Below are positions 30,208-40,474 of a DNA stretch of 64,000 bases, in pieces. This DNA comes from Deltaproteobacteria bacterium (lineage in GTDB: Bacteria; Myxococcota; UBA727; VGSZ01), in NCBI GenBank assembly GCA_020850995.1, contig JADZDP010000136.1:114-64113 (forward strand), in the 5' to 3' direction. The position numbers and the translations under genes were made by a program. Under the pieces are notes generated by a model. That model did no database searches. It saw nothing but the letters and a program-made list of their open reading frames with translations, and was not told the DNA's origin. Within the stretch, counting starts at the first letter, position 1. Every line of letters starts with the position of its first letter.

Positions 30208-31023
30208 TCAGCGCCGCGTTGGGCGCCGCACCGCGCGCAGGTCGACGTCGGCGTAGCCGCGCTCGCGCAGCACGGCGCGGGCCGTCTCGAGCACGCTGTC
30301 CTCGTCGGCGGTGGTGCGCAGGTGGGCCACCACCTGCAGGCCGCCGTCGCGCTTCTCGAGGGCGAACTCGCGCACGCCCACGGCGAGCACACCGCCTTGG
30401 TCGTCGCCGAACAGCACCTCGTTGAGCAGGCGCAGCGCGGCCTTCACTCGCGGGGCCGAGAGCTCGGGGCGCTCCATGGCGCCGGTCTCGCGCAAGAACA
30501 GGCCCACGATCTCGGCGGCCTGACGGCCGGCGAGGTTCTCGTCGACGAGCCAGGTGGCCAAGAGCTCGTAGGCCTCGGCGCCCTCGATGCCCGTGGCCAG
30601 GCCGCGATCGTCGCGCAGCATGGTGAGGATCTTGGCGCGCGCCAGGTCGGCCGAGGGCGGGCTGGTGCCGGCGAACAGCTCCGTGCGCAGCGCCTCGATG
30701 CGCTTGACTGTGCGCTTCTCCGGGCTCGTCAGCCGGTGACGCAAGAAGCGCTGCAGCTGCCCGGGGCGGGCCGGCGCGGGCGCCGGCAACACCGGCGCGC
30801 TGCGCGCGGCGGGGCCATCACCGGAGGTGCGCCCGACGCTCTTGGCTTCGCCTCCGGCGGCGCGGACGGGCGCGGTGAGCAGGGAAGATCTCGGCCGCGG
30901 GCTGCCAGGATCCGAGGAGTGGGGGAGGTCGGCGATGGGCTCGCCTTCGGCAGTGGAGTGCATGACAAGGCCAATTTCGCGCTCGGACCCTCGGCCGGTG
31001 CTCGGTGAGGGCTGCCGCCCCAT
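30208..31023 (-). CDS. hypothetical protein
   Basis: 271-aa ORF; start uncertain (possibly MHSTAEG). Confidence 0.35.
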   Translation of the reverse strand: MGRQPSPSTGRGSEREIGLVMHSTAEGEPIADLPHSSDPGSPRPRSSLLTAPVRAAGGEAKSVGRTSGDGPAARSAPVLPAPAPARPGQLQRFLRHRLTSPEKRTVKRIEALRTELFAGTSPPSADLARAKILTMLRDDRGLATGIEGAEAYELLATWLVDENLAGRQAAEIVGLFLRETGAMERPELSAPRVKAALRLLNEVLFGDDQGGVLAVGVREFALEKRDGGLQVVAHLRTTADEDSVLETARAVLRERGYADVDLRAVRRPTRR

Positions 31024-31071
31024 CGGCCGTTCGGCTGATGGGATTCGATCAAGACGTGATCGGCGTCGCTC

Positions 31072-32265
31072 CTACCTGGCCAGCGCCCAGTAACCCTTGA
31101 GGTATTCGCCCTCAGGGAAGCTCGCTGGCACGGGATGATCCGGCGGGTGGCCAAGCTCGCCCAGCAGCTGCAGCGGCCGGCCCGCCTCGAGCGCGGCCTG
31201 GGCGCCGATGCCGCGAAAGAGCGCGCGATCGATGGCGCCCGAGCACGAGAACGAGAACAGCAGGCCGCCCGGCGAGAGCAGCTTGAGCGCGCGCAGCGCC
31301 AGGTCTTTGTAGCCGCGGCTGGCCTTCTCCACGTGGCGCGCGGCGGGCGCGAACTTGGGCGGATCGAGCACCACCACGTCGAAGCGCTCGCCCTCGTCAT
31401 AGAGGCCGCGCAAGACGTCGAAGCAGTCGCCCTTCAGCCCGTCGTGGCGCGCGGGGTCGACGCCGTTCTCCGCCACGTTGCGCTCGGCCAGCTCCAGCGC
31501 GCCCTGCGAGGTGTCGACGGAGATGGCGCGCTCGGCCCCGCCCGCGAGCGCGGCCACGGCGAAGCCACCCGTATAGGAGAAGCAGTTGAGCACGCGGCCC
31601 TTGGCCACGGCGCGCAGGCGCGCTCGACTGTCGCGCTGGTCGAGGTAGAAGCCGGTCTTGTGCCCGCGCTCGACGTCGACGAGGAAGGCGAGGCCGTTCT
31701 CTCTCGCGCGCACCGCGCCGCCCTCGATGGGCGGGCCCGCCACCACGCCGCTCTTCGGCTCGAGCCCCTCGAGCCGCCGCACCTCGGCGTCGGAGCGCAG
31801 CACCACCCGCGCGGCGCCGGTGCGCTCCCGCAGGTGAGCGATGGTGGTGTCTTGGATGCGCTCGGCGCCGGCGCTGTGGCACTGCACCACCAAGGTGTCG
31901 GCGTACAGGTCGACCACCAGGCCCGGCAGCCCGTCGGCCTCGGCGAACACCAGGCGGGCGCAGTCGGTGTGCGGGCCGAGCACGAAGCGGCGGCGCAGCG
32001 CCAGCGCGTCGTCGAGGCGCGCGCACACCAGCGCGTCGTCGACGGCAGTGTGCTCGTCGAAGGTCCACAAGCGCAGGCGGATCTGCGACGAGGGCGACCA
32101 GGCGGCGCGGCCGAGCGCGGCGCCGTCGTGGGCGCGCACCAGCACGGTGGCGCCCACGCCCGGCTCGCCCTCCACCGAATCGATGGCGCCAGAGAACACC
32201 CAGGGGTGGCGTCGACGCACGGAGCGGTCACGGCCGCGCTTCAACCGGACCACCGGTTCCCGCAT
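31072..32265 (-). CDS. rlmI: 23S rRNA (cytosine-C5) methyltransferase RlmI-like (PUA + class I MTase)
   Basis: ATG at 32265 (MREPVVRLKRGRDRSVRRRHPWVFSGAI); SAM motif VLNCFSYTGGFAV, VVLDPPKF; ORF 31072..33720 extends upstream spuriously. Confidence 0.75.
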   Translation of the reverse strand: MREPVVRLKRGRDRSVRRRHPWVFSGAIDSVEGEPGVGATVLVRAHDGAALGRAAWSPSSQIRLRLWTFDEHTAVDDALVCARLDDALALRRRFVLGPHTDCARLVFAEADGLPGLVVDLYADTLVVQCHSAGAERIQDTTIAHLRERTGAARVVLRSDAEVRRLEGLEPKSGVVAGPPIEGGAVRARENGLAFLVDVERGHKTGFYLDQRDSRARLRAVAKGRVLNCFSYTGGFAVAALAGGAERAISVDTSQGALELAERNVAENGVDPARHDGLKGDCFDVLRGLYDEGERFDVVVLDPPKFAPAARHVEKASRGYKDLALRALKLLSPGGLLFSFSCSGAIDRALFRGIGAQAALEAGRPLQLLGELGHPPDHPVPASFPEGEYLKGYWALAR

Positions 32266-32328
32266 GCGGGGTGCGCTCCCACCTTTGCCGGGCCTTGAGA
32301 AGGGGGCAGCACGACGCGATCTGTCCGC

Positions 32329-33975
32329 GTGGGCAGCGCGCGCTTGAGTGTTGCGGCGCGCCCGGCCCAACATGGCGCGGTGGATCCCGGCGAGGGCACT
32401 CAGCTCGGGCGCTTCGTGCTCGACAGGAAGCTTGGGCGAGGCGCCGCCGGCACCGTGTTCCTGGCGCGCGACACGCTGCTTGGCAGCACCCTCGCGCTCA
32501 AGGTGCTGCACCGCGACCTGTTCGGCGACCGCGAGGTGCGCGAACGCTTTCGCCGAGAGCTGGTGTTGGCGCGGCGGGTGACCCACCCGGGCGTGTGCCG
32601 CATCCACGATCTGCACGAAGAGCAAGGCACCACCTTCCTCACGCTCGAGTACGTGCCCGGCGACACCCTGGCGGCGCTCATCCACGCCCACGGCAAGCTC
32701 GACGCCGAGCGCACCTTGCACGTGCTGCGCGAGCTGGCGCCGCCCTTGGCGGCCGCCCACGCCGCGGGCGTCATTCACCGCGACCTCAAGCCGGGCAACA
32801 TCATGGTGCGCGACGACGGCACCGTGTCGATCCTCGACTTCGGCATGGCCACGGCGGGCGACCTGCAGCGCATCACGCAGGCGGGCCGCACCGTGGGCTC
32901 CTTGCGCTTCATCGCGCCCGAGGTGTGGGAGGGCAAGGCGGCCACCACGGCGAGCGATCTCTATGCCGTGGGGGTCACGCTCTACGCCTGCCTGTCGGGG
33001 CGCTTGCCCTACGACGCGCAGACGCCGGCCGCCATGTTCGACGCGCTCAAGAAGCCGCCGCCCTCGCTCTGTGAGATCGCCGAGGCGCACCCGGCCGTCG
33101 AGGCGGTGGTGAAGCGCGCCATGGCGCGGGATCCGAAGAAGCGCTACGGCAGCATCGAGGCGCTGGTGGTGGCCTTCGCGCAGGCGGTGCGCGAGGCCAG
33201 GGGCGGCATGGACGCCGGCACCGACGAGCCCAGCTCGTCGATCGCCACGGTGTTGGTGCGCGAGCGCTCGGGGCGGCACTCTGCGCCGCCCTTCGAGCCC
33301 GCGGAGACGCTGGTGTCGCCCTCGCCCTTCGTGCGCGCGCCGGCGCGCGCCAGAGGACGCACCCAGGGCCGCACTGTAGGGCTCGCGGTGGCAGCGCTGC
33401 TTGGCGTGGTGGTGGTGGGGGCCGTCATCGCCGCGCTGGCCATCGAGCCTCGCTCCGTGGTCGACGCCGAGCGGCGCCACCTGGTGCCGCGCGCTGAGGA
33501 CCCGACCGACGACGAGCCGCGCGCGACGCCGGCGCCGCCCCCGGCGGTCGACGCCGAGCCCGAGCCGGCGCCCGAGCCCACGCTCGCCCTGGAGCCCATG
33601 GCGCCGCGCCCCAAGGCGCCGGCGCCGAGCACCAAGAGCCGCGTGGCCGAGCTGATGGAGCGGCGCGGCCTCCGCGCCGGCGACGTGCCGCAGCTCGATC
33701 GCCTGGTCGACCTGATCCAACGCTCCGAGCGCGCCGGCCGCGCCGACGACGCGCGCCAGGCCACCGAGCGCGCGCTGGCCGTGGCCACGGCCGTGAGCAT
33801 CGATCGCTCCTTCGTCACCGCCAAGCAGAAGCGCGTGCTCGAGCGCGCCGAGCGCGCGCCGGCGGCGCAGAAGGCGCGTTTGTTCGCGCTCTCGAGCGAC
33901 GTGGACCGGCGCAGCGCGCGCGGCGACTACGGGGGCGCCAACCAGGTGCTCAACCAGGCGCTCGATCTGCAGTAG
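32329..33975 (+). CDS. Ser/Thr protein kinase with C-terminal TM and low-complexity/TPR-like region
   Basis: GRGAAGTV, ALKVL, HRDLKPGN, DFG, APE all canonical. Confidence 0.8.
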   Translation: MGSARLSVAARPAQHGAVDPGEGTQLGRFVLDRKLGRGAAGTVFLARDTLLGSTLALKVLHRDLFGDREVRERFRRELVLARRVTHPGVCRIHDLHEEQGTTFLTLEYVPGDTLAALIHAHGKLDAERTLHVLRELAPPLAAAHAAGVIHRDLKPGNIMVRDDGTVSILDFGMATAGDLQRITQAGRTVGSLRFIAPEVWEGKAATTASDLYAVGVTLYACLSGRLPYDAQTPAAMFDALKKPPPSLCEIAEAHPAVEAVVKRAMARDPKKRYGSIEALVVAFAQAVREARGGMDAGTDEPSSSIATVLVRERSGRHSAPPFEPAETLVSPSPFVRAPARARGRTQGRTVGLAVAALLGVVVVGAVIAALAIEPRSVVDAERRHLVPRAEDPTDDEPRATPAPPPAVDAEPEPAPEPTLALEPMAPRPKAPAPSTKSRVAELMERRGLRAGDVPQLDRLVDLIQRSERAGRADDARQATERALAVATAVSIDRSFVTAKQKRVLERAERAPAAQKARLFALSSDVDRRSARGDYGGANQVLNQALDLQ

Positions 33976-34546
33976 CGGCCCTCGTGGCTGCGCGTCGTCG
34001 CCACGCCCAAGCGGCCACGCCTGCCGCCACGGCCAGGAGCGCGCCGCCCACCACGCCCCAGTGCCACCACGGGCGCGCCACCTCGAGCACGAAGCGCGAG
34101 GAGCGCCGCGAGAGCATCACCAGGCGCGGCTCGGCGTGCGGCTGCTCGATCACCGCCACCGACACGTGATCGAGGGCGCTGCCGGTGAACAAGCCCCAGT
34201 CGATGACCAGCGTCCGCGGCAGCTCGGCGCACAGGGCCTGCGCCTCGATGACCACGGTGCGCTCGCGCTCGCGCCAGCGCGAGAACGCCACCGGGCAGCC
34301 GCGCTCGTCGGCGCTGAGGCGCAGCCAGTGCGGGAGCCCCTGCTCGAGGCAGCGCGTGAGCTTCTCCTCCTCGCGCGCGCGCTCGGCCACGCTGAAGTCG
34401 GCGTTGCACAGCTCGGGGAGATCGACGGTGCCGAGCGTGATGGTGATGGCGACGCGGCCGTCGGACCTCAGGGCGAAGCTGCTCTTGCCTTCCGAGCGGC
34501 TGTGGGCCGGCGCCGCCAGCGCGAGCGCGACGGCGAGGGCCAGCAT
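33950..34546 (-). CDS. hypothetical secreted protein
   Basis: signal MLALAVALALAAPAHS. Confidence 0.4.
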   Translation of the reverse strand: MLALAVALALAAPAHSRSEGKSSFALRSDGRVAITITLGTVDLPELCNADFSVAERAREEEKLTRCLEQGLPHWLRLSADERGCPVAFSRWRERERTVVIEAQALCAELPRTLVIDWGLFTGSALDHVSVAVIEQPHAEPRLVMLSRRSSRFVLEVARPWWHWGVVGGALLAVAAGVAAWAWRRRAATRAATADRAPG

Positions 34547-35430
34547 CAGTGCGTCCGCGCCACGGCGCGGCGGCACAGCGCGGCGAGCGCCCCGGCATCT
34601 TGGGCGCGCGCCAAGGCGAGCGCGGCGTCGGCCTCGAGGTGTGCGCGCGCGCGCGCTCCCTCGGCGCCGAGCACCTTCACCCAGGTGGCCTTGTCGTGGC
34701 GCGCGTCGCGCCCCGTGCCCTTGTCGGCGGCGGCCCCGGCGGTGACGTCGAGCAGGTCATCGGCGATCTGGAAGGCCAGCCCCAGGTGGCGCCCGAGCGT
34801 GCGCAGCTGCGCCAAGGTGTCGCCGTTGGCCCCGGCGCACAGACCGCCGAGCACGGTGGCGGCCTCGAACAAGCGCCCGGTCTTCTTGGCGTGGATGCGC
34901 GCGAGCTGTTCGACGCCGGGGGAGCTGCCCTCGGCCGCCAGGTCGTCGAGCTGTCCGCCCACCATGCCGGCGCTGCCGGCGGCGAGCGCGAGCTCGCGCA
35001 CCGCCGAGGCGCCCGCCGCCGCCAGCAGGGCGAAGGCGTCGGTGAGCAGGGCGTCGCCGGCGAGGATGGCGGTGGCCTCGTCGAAGGCCACGTGCACCGT
35101 GGGTCGGCCGCGGCGCAGCTCGTCGTCGTCGAGGGCGGGGAGGTCGTCGTGGATCAGCGAGTAGGTGTGCACCAGCTCGAGGGCGAGGGCCGCGGGCTGC
35201 GCGCGCTCGAGCGCGAGCTCCTCGTCCTTGAGCACGGCGTGCGCCGCGGCCAGCACCACCAGTGGTCGCACGCGCTTGCCGGGCGCGAGCAGGCTGTGCG
35301 CCATGGCGTCGAGCAGGCGCGCGGGCGGGCGCACGCCGTCGCGATCACCGGTGCTTTGCAGGTGGCGCGCCAGCGCGTCGTCGACGAAGCTGCGCCAGCG
35401 CTCGAGCAGCGCGTCGATGGCGCGGTCCAT
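34546..35430 (-). CDS. ispA: (2E,6E)-farnesyl diphosphate synthase / polyprenyl synthetase
   Basis: FARM LIHDDLPALDDDELRRG and SARM FQIADDLLD. Confidence 0.8.
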   Translation of the reverse strand: MDRAIDALLERWRSFVDDALARHLQSTGDRDGVRPPARLLDAMAHSLLAPGKRVRPLVVLAAAHAVLKDEELALERAQPAALALELVHTYSLIHDDLPALDDDELRRGRPTVHVAFDEATAILAGDALLTDAFALLAAAGASAVRELALAAGSAGMVGGQLDDLAAEGSSPGVEQLARIHAKKTGRLFEAATVLGGLCAGANGDTLAQLRTLGRHLGLAFQIADDLLDVTAGAAADKGTGRDARHDKATWVKVLGAEGARARAHLEADAALALARAQDAGALAALCRRAVARTH

Positions 35431-35433
35431 CGC

Positions 35434-35697
35434 TCAGCCGCCCTCGCTGGTGGCGGGGGCCGGTAACGGCGCGGTTTTGCCGTCGGCCAACAGCTCCTCG
35501 AGGCGCTTCTCCATGCCGTCGAGGCGCCCCTGCGCGCGGCGCACCAGGCCGATGCCCTCTTCGTAGGCCTTGAGGCTGTCGTCGAGCGACAGGTCGCCGC
35601 GCTCGAGGCGTTGCACTACGGCGTCGAGACGCCCGAGCACGCCTTCGAAGCTCTGGTCGGCGTCGGGGGAAGCGGGCGAGGCCTTGGGATCGCTCAT
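35434..35697 (-). CDS. xseB: exodeoxyribonuclease VII small subunit
   Basis: FEGVLGRLDAVVQRLERGDLSLDDSLKAYEEGIGLVRRAQ, 87 aa, adjacent to ispA. Confidence 0.75.
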   Translation of the reverse strand: MSDPKASPASPDADQSFEGVLGRLDAVVQRLERGDLSLDDSLKAYEEGIGLVRRAQGRLDGMEKRLEELLADGKTAPLPAPATSEGG

Positions 35698-35732
35698 GAG
35701 AACCGTGGTGCTGACGCGGCGCGCGTGCAGCG

Positions 35733-38700
35733 TCAAGAGCCGCGCCGGCGCTGCACGGCGTGCCACAGCGCCTCGTGGGTGAGCGGCGTGGGCAGCTGCA
35801 CGGGGCCGGCACCGCCGAAGGCGCGCACGGCGTCGCGCAGGGCCTCGCGCACCGCGATGGCGAGCATGAGCGGCGGCTCGCCCACGGCCTTGCTGCCGTG
35901 CACCACGCCGGGCTCGGGCGCGTCATGCAACAGCGTCACGTGCAGCTCGTCGGGCGCATCGAAGATGGTGGGCACCTGGTAGGTGCTGGCCGAGTGCGTG
36001 AGCAGCACGCCCTGCGCCGTGGTGCGCAGCTCCTCGCCGCACAGCCACCCCATGCCCTGCACGAAGGCGCCCTCGATCTGCCCACGATCGATGGCCGGGT
36101 TGAGCGAGTCGCCGACGTCGTGGAGGATGTCGACTCGGCACACACGCTTCATGCCGGTGAGGCCGTCGAGCTCCACCTCGGACAGCGCCACGCCGTGCGC
36201 AAAGTAATGGAAGGGCTTGCCGCGTCCGCGCGCGCGCTCGTAGCTGATGTCGGGCGTGCGATAGAAGCCCGTGGCCGACAAGGACACGCGCCGGCGCCAC
36301 GCCGCCTCGCACAGGTCGGCCAGCGAGACCTGCAGCGTGCCCGACAGCGAGCTTGGGCGCACGAAGCCGTGCAAGAACACCAGGTCGTCGACGTCGGCGT
36401 CGCCGCCGCGCTCCCGAAAGAGCTCGGCGGCAACGGGGGCCAGGCGCGCGCGCAGGGTCGCACAGGCATCCATGACGGCGGCGCCGTTCAGGTCGGCGCC
36501 CGTGGATGCCGCGGTGGCCGAGGTGTTCGGCACCTTATCGGTGCGCGTCTTCATGACGCGCACCTGCTCGGCGGCGAGCCCGAGCTCGCGCATGACCACG
36601 CCCGCGATCTTGGCGTGCAGCCCTTGCCCCATCTCGGTGCCGCCGTGGTTCACCTGCGCGCTGCCGTCACGGTAGAGGTGCACCAGCGCGCCCGCCTGGT
36701 TGAGCACGCCCACGGTGAACGAGATGCCGAACTTCACGGGCGTGAGCGCGAGCCCGCGCTTCACCCAGGGCGAGCCGCGGTTCGCCTCGTCGACGGCACG
36801 GCGCCGCGCGCCGAAGCCCGCGCTGTCCTTGAGCGCGTGCCACAGCCGCGGCACGCGGTGGTCGTCGAGCGCCTGGCCGTAGTGCGTGACGGCGCCGCGC
36901 TCTGGATAGAAGTTGCGCTCGCGCACCAGCTCGGGCGGCAGGCCGAGCGCGCCCGCCACCTGCGCGAGCATGTCCTCGACCACCAGGATGCCCTGGGGCC
37001 CGCCGAAGCCGCGGAATGCGGTGTTCGAGGCGGTGTCGGTCTTGGCCACGCGCCCCTCGAAGCGCGCGTGCTCGAACAGGTAGGCGTTGTCGAGGTGGAA
37101 GAGCGCGCGATCGATGATGGCCTCGCTCAGGTCGAGCGCGTAGCCGCCGTCGGCCACCATGCGGCACGCGAAGGCGCGCACGCGCCCGTCGTCGTCGAAG
37201 CCAGCTTCCCAGGTGGCGAGCATGGGGTGGCGCTTGCCGGTGATGGTCATGTCGACGTCGCGCTCGAGCTGCATGCGCACCGGTCGCTTGGTCGCGAGCG
37301 CCGCCAGCGCCACCAGGGCGGCCACGGTGTTGCCCTGCGTCTCCTTGCCGCCGAAGGCGCCGCCCATGCGCGGCGACACCACCACCACCTTGTGGCGCGG
37401 CAGGTCGAGCACGTGGCCCACGACGGCCTGCACCTCGCTCGGGTGCTGCGTGGAGGCGTGCAGCAGCACATCGCCCTCGTCGCCGGGCTCGGCGAAGGCG
37501 GCTTGGGTCTCGAGGTAGAGGTGCTCTTGCGCGCCGGTCAACAGCTCGCCCGTCATGCGGTGCGGGCTCTCGCGCAGCGCCGTCGTCACGTCGCCACGCG
37601 CGATGAGGTGCGGCTCGTTGTGGTAGCGCTCGGCGGCGATGGCGGCGCGCACGCCGATGACGGGGGGCTCGGCGGCCACCTCGACCACCACGGCGGCGGC
37701 GGCGCGGCGGCACGCCTCCACGCTCTCGCCCACCACCAGCGCCACCGGCTGCCCGTGGAACAGCACGGTGCCCTCGGCCAAGAGCGGCTCGTCGTGACGC
37801 ACGGCACCGACGTCGTTCACCCCCGGCACGTCCTGGGCGGTGAGCACCGCCACCACGCCGGGCAGGGCGCGCGCAGCGCTGGTGTCGAGGCGCGTGATGG
37901 TGCCGCGCGCCACCGGCGCCAGCACGGGCCAGGCGTCGAGCGCCGGGCGTCGCTGGGCCAGGTCGTCGACGTAGAGGGCGCGCCCGGTGGCATGCCCCGC
38001 GGCGGCGTCGTGGGGCAGCGCGCGCGAGCGCGCGTCGGCCTGCCATGGTGCGGCGACGATGAAGTCGGGCGCCTCGTCTTGCGCGCCGCTCTGGACGCCG
38101 AGCGCATGCTTGTGAAAGAGCGAGGCCACCAGGCCGCGGCGGTACTCCTGGCCGGCGCGCACGTCGTCGATGGGGGTGAACTCGCTCTTCAGCACGTCGA
38201 GCACGTCGGGCAGCGCGGCCTCGAGGGTCTTGCCCACCAGGAAGGCCTCGGCGCGCGTGGCGCGCACCGGCTGCGCGGCCACGCCGCCGTAGGCCAGGCG
38301 CGCCAGGCGCACCACGCCGGCCTGGTCGAGCTCCATGCGCAGCGCCGCCGACACGATGGCGATGTCGAGGTCGCGTCGCTTCGACACTTTGTAGGTGTCG
38401 AAGCGAGCCCCGGCGGGGAGCTTCGGCACCTCGACGGCGACGACCAGCTCGTCTGCCCGCAGCGCCGTGGTGCGGTAGCCCACGAAGAAGCGATCCATGG
38501 GCACGCGCCGCTCGCCCTCCTGCGAGCGGCACACCACGGTGGCGTCGAGGGCCAACAGCACCGGCGCCAGGTCGCCGACGGGTGACGCGGTGACGATGTT
38601 GCCCGCCAGCGTGGCGCGGTTGCGAATGGGCCGCGACGCGAACACGCGCAGCATCTTCAGGATGGGCGCGGCGGTGGCGCTCGCGGAGGCGCGCAGCACC

Positions 38701-39515
38701 TCCTCGAGCAGCGACAGCGTGGCCCCGCCGCCCACCACCCAGGCATCGTCGCGCTCCACGATGGCGCGCAGCTCGGCGATGCCGTCGGTGGCGATGAGCG
38801 CGGCGGGAGCCGCGAGCTTCTTGCGCACCAACACGCCGAGCTCGGTGCCGCCGGCGACCAGCTGCGCCTCGGGGTTGCGTGCGCGCAATTCCAACAGCTC
38901 AGCGAGGGAGGTGGGGCGCAGGAAGCGACAGCGCCCCTCGAGATCGAGGGAGGGTGGCAGCCCGCATGCGGGCGCGCTGGGCGCGCGGGGCGCACGGGGC
39001 GCGACCATCAGCCCGTGCTCAGCGCCGTCGCGGCAGCACAGCGCCTCGCGCGCCGCCTCGCGGATCGAGCGATAGCCCGTGCAGCGACACAGGTTGCCGT
39101 CGAGGGCGCCGCAGATGGCGGCGGGCGTGGCCGGCACGCCGGACTCGTAGGCCTCGGCGATGGCGACGGCGACGCCGGGCGTGCAGTAGCCGCACTGCGA
39201 GCCATGGCGCTGGGCCAGCGCGGCCTGCGCGGGGTGCAGGCCGCCCTCGTCCTCGAGCCCCTCGACGGTGCGCAGCGCACGCCCGTCGATCATGGGCAAG
39301 AGCGTGAGGCAGGAGTTGACCATGCGCCAGCAGGGCCCCCCGGCAGCGTCGAGGTCGGACAAGAGCACGGCGCAGGCGCCGCAGTCGCCCTCGGCGCAGC
39401 CCTCCTTGGTGCCGGTGCGCCCCGTGCTGCGCAACCACTGCGACACCGACTGCAGCGGATCGACCTGCTCGACGGTGACGGGGGCGCCGTTCAGCGAGAA
39501 TGAGATCGAACGCAT
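35733..39515 (-). CDS. fused xanthine dehydrogenase/aldehyde oxidase-like molybdoenzyme (2Fe-2S + FAD + Moco domains in one 1260-aa chain)
   Basis: GCAEGDCGACAV and CGYCTPG ferredoxin motifs; FAD-binding AGGTELGV; large Mo-binding domain. Confidence 0.85.
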   Translation of the reverse strand: MRSISFSLNGAPVTVEQVDPLQSVSQWLRSTGRTGTKEGCAEGDCGACAVLLSDLDAAGGPCWRMVNSCLTLLPMIDGRALRTVEGLEDEGGLHPAQAALAQRHGSQCGYCTPGVAVAIAEAYESGVPATPAAICGALDGNLCRCTGYRSIREAAREALCCRDGAEHGLMVAPRAPRAPSAPACGLPPSLDLEGRCRFLRPTSLAELLELRARNPEAQLVAGGTELGVLVRKKLAAPAALIATDGIAELRAIVERDDAWVVGGGATLSLLEEVLRASASATAAPILKMLRVFASRPIRNRATLAGNIVTASPVGDLAPVLLALDATVVCRSQEGERRVPMDRFFVGYRTTALRADELVVAVEVPKLPAGARFDTYKVSKRRDLDIAIVSAALRMELDQAGVVRLARLAYGGVAAQPVRATRAEAFLVGKTLEAALPDVLDVLKSEFTPIDDVRAGQEYRRGLVASLFHKHALGVQSGAQDEAPDFIVAAPWQADARSRALPHDAAAGHATGRALYVDDLAQRRPALDAWPVLAPVARGTITRLDTSAARALPGVVAVLTAQDVPGVNDVGAVRHDEPLLAEGTVLFHGQPVALVVGESVEACRRAAAAVVVEVAAEPPVIGVRAAIAAERYHNEPHLIARGDVTTALRESPHRMTGELLTGAQEHLYLETQAAFAEPGDEGDVLLHASTQHPSEVQAVVGHVLDLPRHKVVVVSPRMGGAFGGKETQGNTVAALVALAALATKRPVRMQLERDVDMTITGKRHPMLATWEAGFDDDGRVRAFACRMVADGGYALDLSEAIIDRALFHLDNAYLFEHARFEGRVAKTDTASNTAFRGFGGPQGILVVEDMLAQVAGALGLPPELVRERNFYPERGAVTHYGQALDDHRVPRLWHALKDSAGFGARRRAVDEANRGSPWVKRGLALTPVKFGISFTVGVLNQAGALVHLYRDGSAQVNHGGTEMGQGLHAKIAGVVMRELGLAAEQVRVMKTRTDKVPNTSATAASTGADLNGAAVMDACATLRARLAPVAAELFRERGGDADVDDLVFLHGFVRPSSLSGTLQVSLADLCEAAWRRRVSLSATGFYRTPDISYERARGRGKPFHYFAHGVALSEVELDGLTGMKRVCRVDILHDVGDSLNPAIDRGQIEGAFVQGMGWLCGEELRTTAQGVLLTHSASTYQVPTIFDAPDELHVTLLHDAPEPGVVHGSKAVGEPPLMLAIAVREALRDAVRAFGGAGPVQLPTPLTHEALWHAVQRRRGS

Positions 39516-39555
39516 GGCGCGAGTCACCGTCGAGCCGCGGCCGCGGCCTCGTCGA

Positions 39556-40314
39556 TCAGTAGTTGGGATCCCAATCCGACGCAGGCAGGATCTTCCAGCC
39601 CGAGTCGTACTTGGCGCTGGTCACGCGCAAGACGCGCAGCGGCCACAGGCGCGACTGCTTGCCCTGCTCGCGCTCCTCCACCATGAAGCGGTGGAACTCG
39701 AGCTTGTAGTTCCCTTCCTTGCCGAGCTTCTTCGCCTCTCTGCGCCAGGGATTGTCGGGGTGCCAGAATACGTCTTTGCCGACGCGCGCCACGTAGGAGA
39801 AGAGCGGGAAGTCTTGCTGGAACTTGAAGGACGCCTCTTGGGTGGGCCCGAGCATCTTGGCGGCCTGCTCCTGCGTGAGCGCGAGGCTGTCGTCTTCCTT
39901 CACCACGATCATGTTGAGCGCTTCGGCGCCCACCTTGTCGAGCATCCACATGGCCTTCATGGCGCCGAAGATCGAGCGCTCCTCGACGCGCGCCTCGTCG
40001 CGGCTGACGATGCGCCAGTTGGGGATGTTGAAGTCGCGCGCCGTCAGCGTGGCGCCGCCGAGCAAGAGGTCGCGCGACTCGTCGGTGCCCTTGCCGGCGA
40101 GCGCGTTCAGGTAGGCCTCGGCCATCTTGCGCGGCTCGTCGAGCGGGCCCGGCCCGTCGATCTTGCCGGCGGGCGGCGGCTCGGTCCGGATTTCCCGCGG
40201 CTCGGACTTCTTGGCGGTGGGGCTGGCGGTGGGATTGGCGGCGGGCTTGGCGGCCTTGTCGCCGGGAGCACCCGGCTGCAGCAGCGCGACCACGACGAGG
40301 GCGGCGAGCGACAT
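39556..40314 (-). CDS. hypothetical secreted protein
   Basis: start MSLAALVVVALL (signal); remainder of ORF upstream unlikely. Confidence 0.4.
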   Translation of the reverse strand: MSLAALVVVALLQPGAPGDKAAKPAANPTASPTAKKSEPREIRTEPPPAGKIDGPGPLDEPRKMAEAYLNALAGKGTDESRDLLLGGATLTARDFNIPNWRIVSRDEARVEERSIFGAMKAMWMLDKVGAEALNMIVVKEDDSLALTQEQAAKMLGPTQEASFKFQQDFPLFSYVARVGKDVFWHPDNPWRREAKKLGKEGNYKLEFHRFMVEEREQGKQSRLWPLRVLRVTSAKYDSGWKILPASDWDPNY

Positions 40315-40474
40315 CGATCCTCCGGACCACGGTGGGCGAGTTGCCCTGGCGGCGGCCGACGCTATCACCCGATGACGCATGCGCGCACCTGCCGTCACCC
40401 CTGCACTCGCCCCCGCCGCGCCCGCGGGCCGAAAGGTTGAAGTTCCAGGCGATGTCGGTGCACCATCGACGACC

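Noticed and set aside
31072-33720. 882-aa minus ORF
   Set aside because: Only the C-terminal 398 aa (from ATG 32265) match RlmI. The remainder is antisense to the Ser/Thr kinase.
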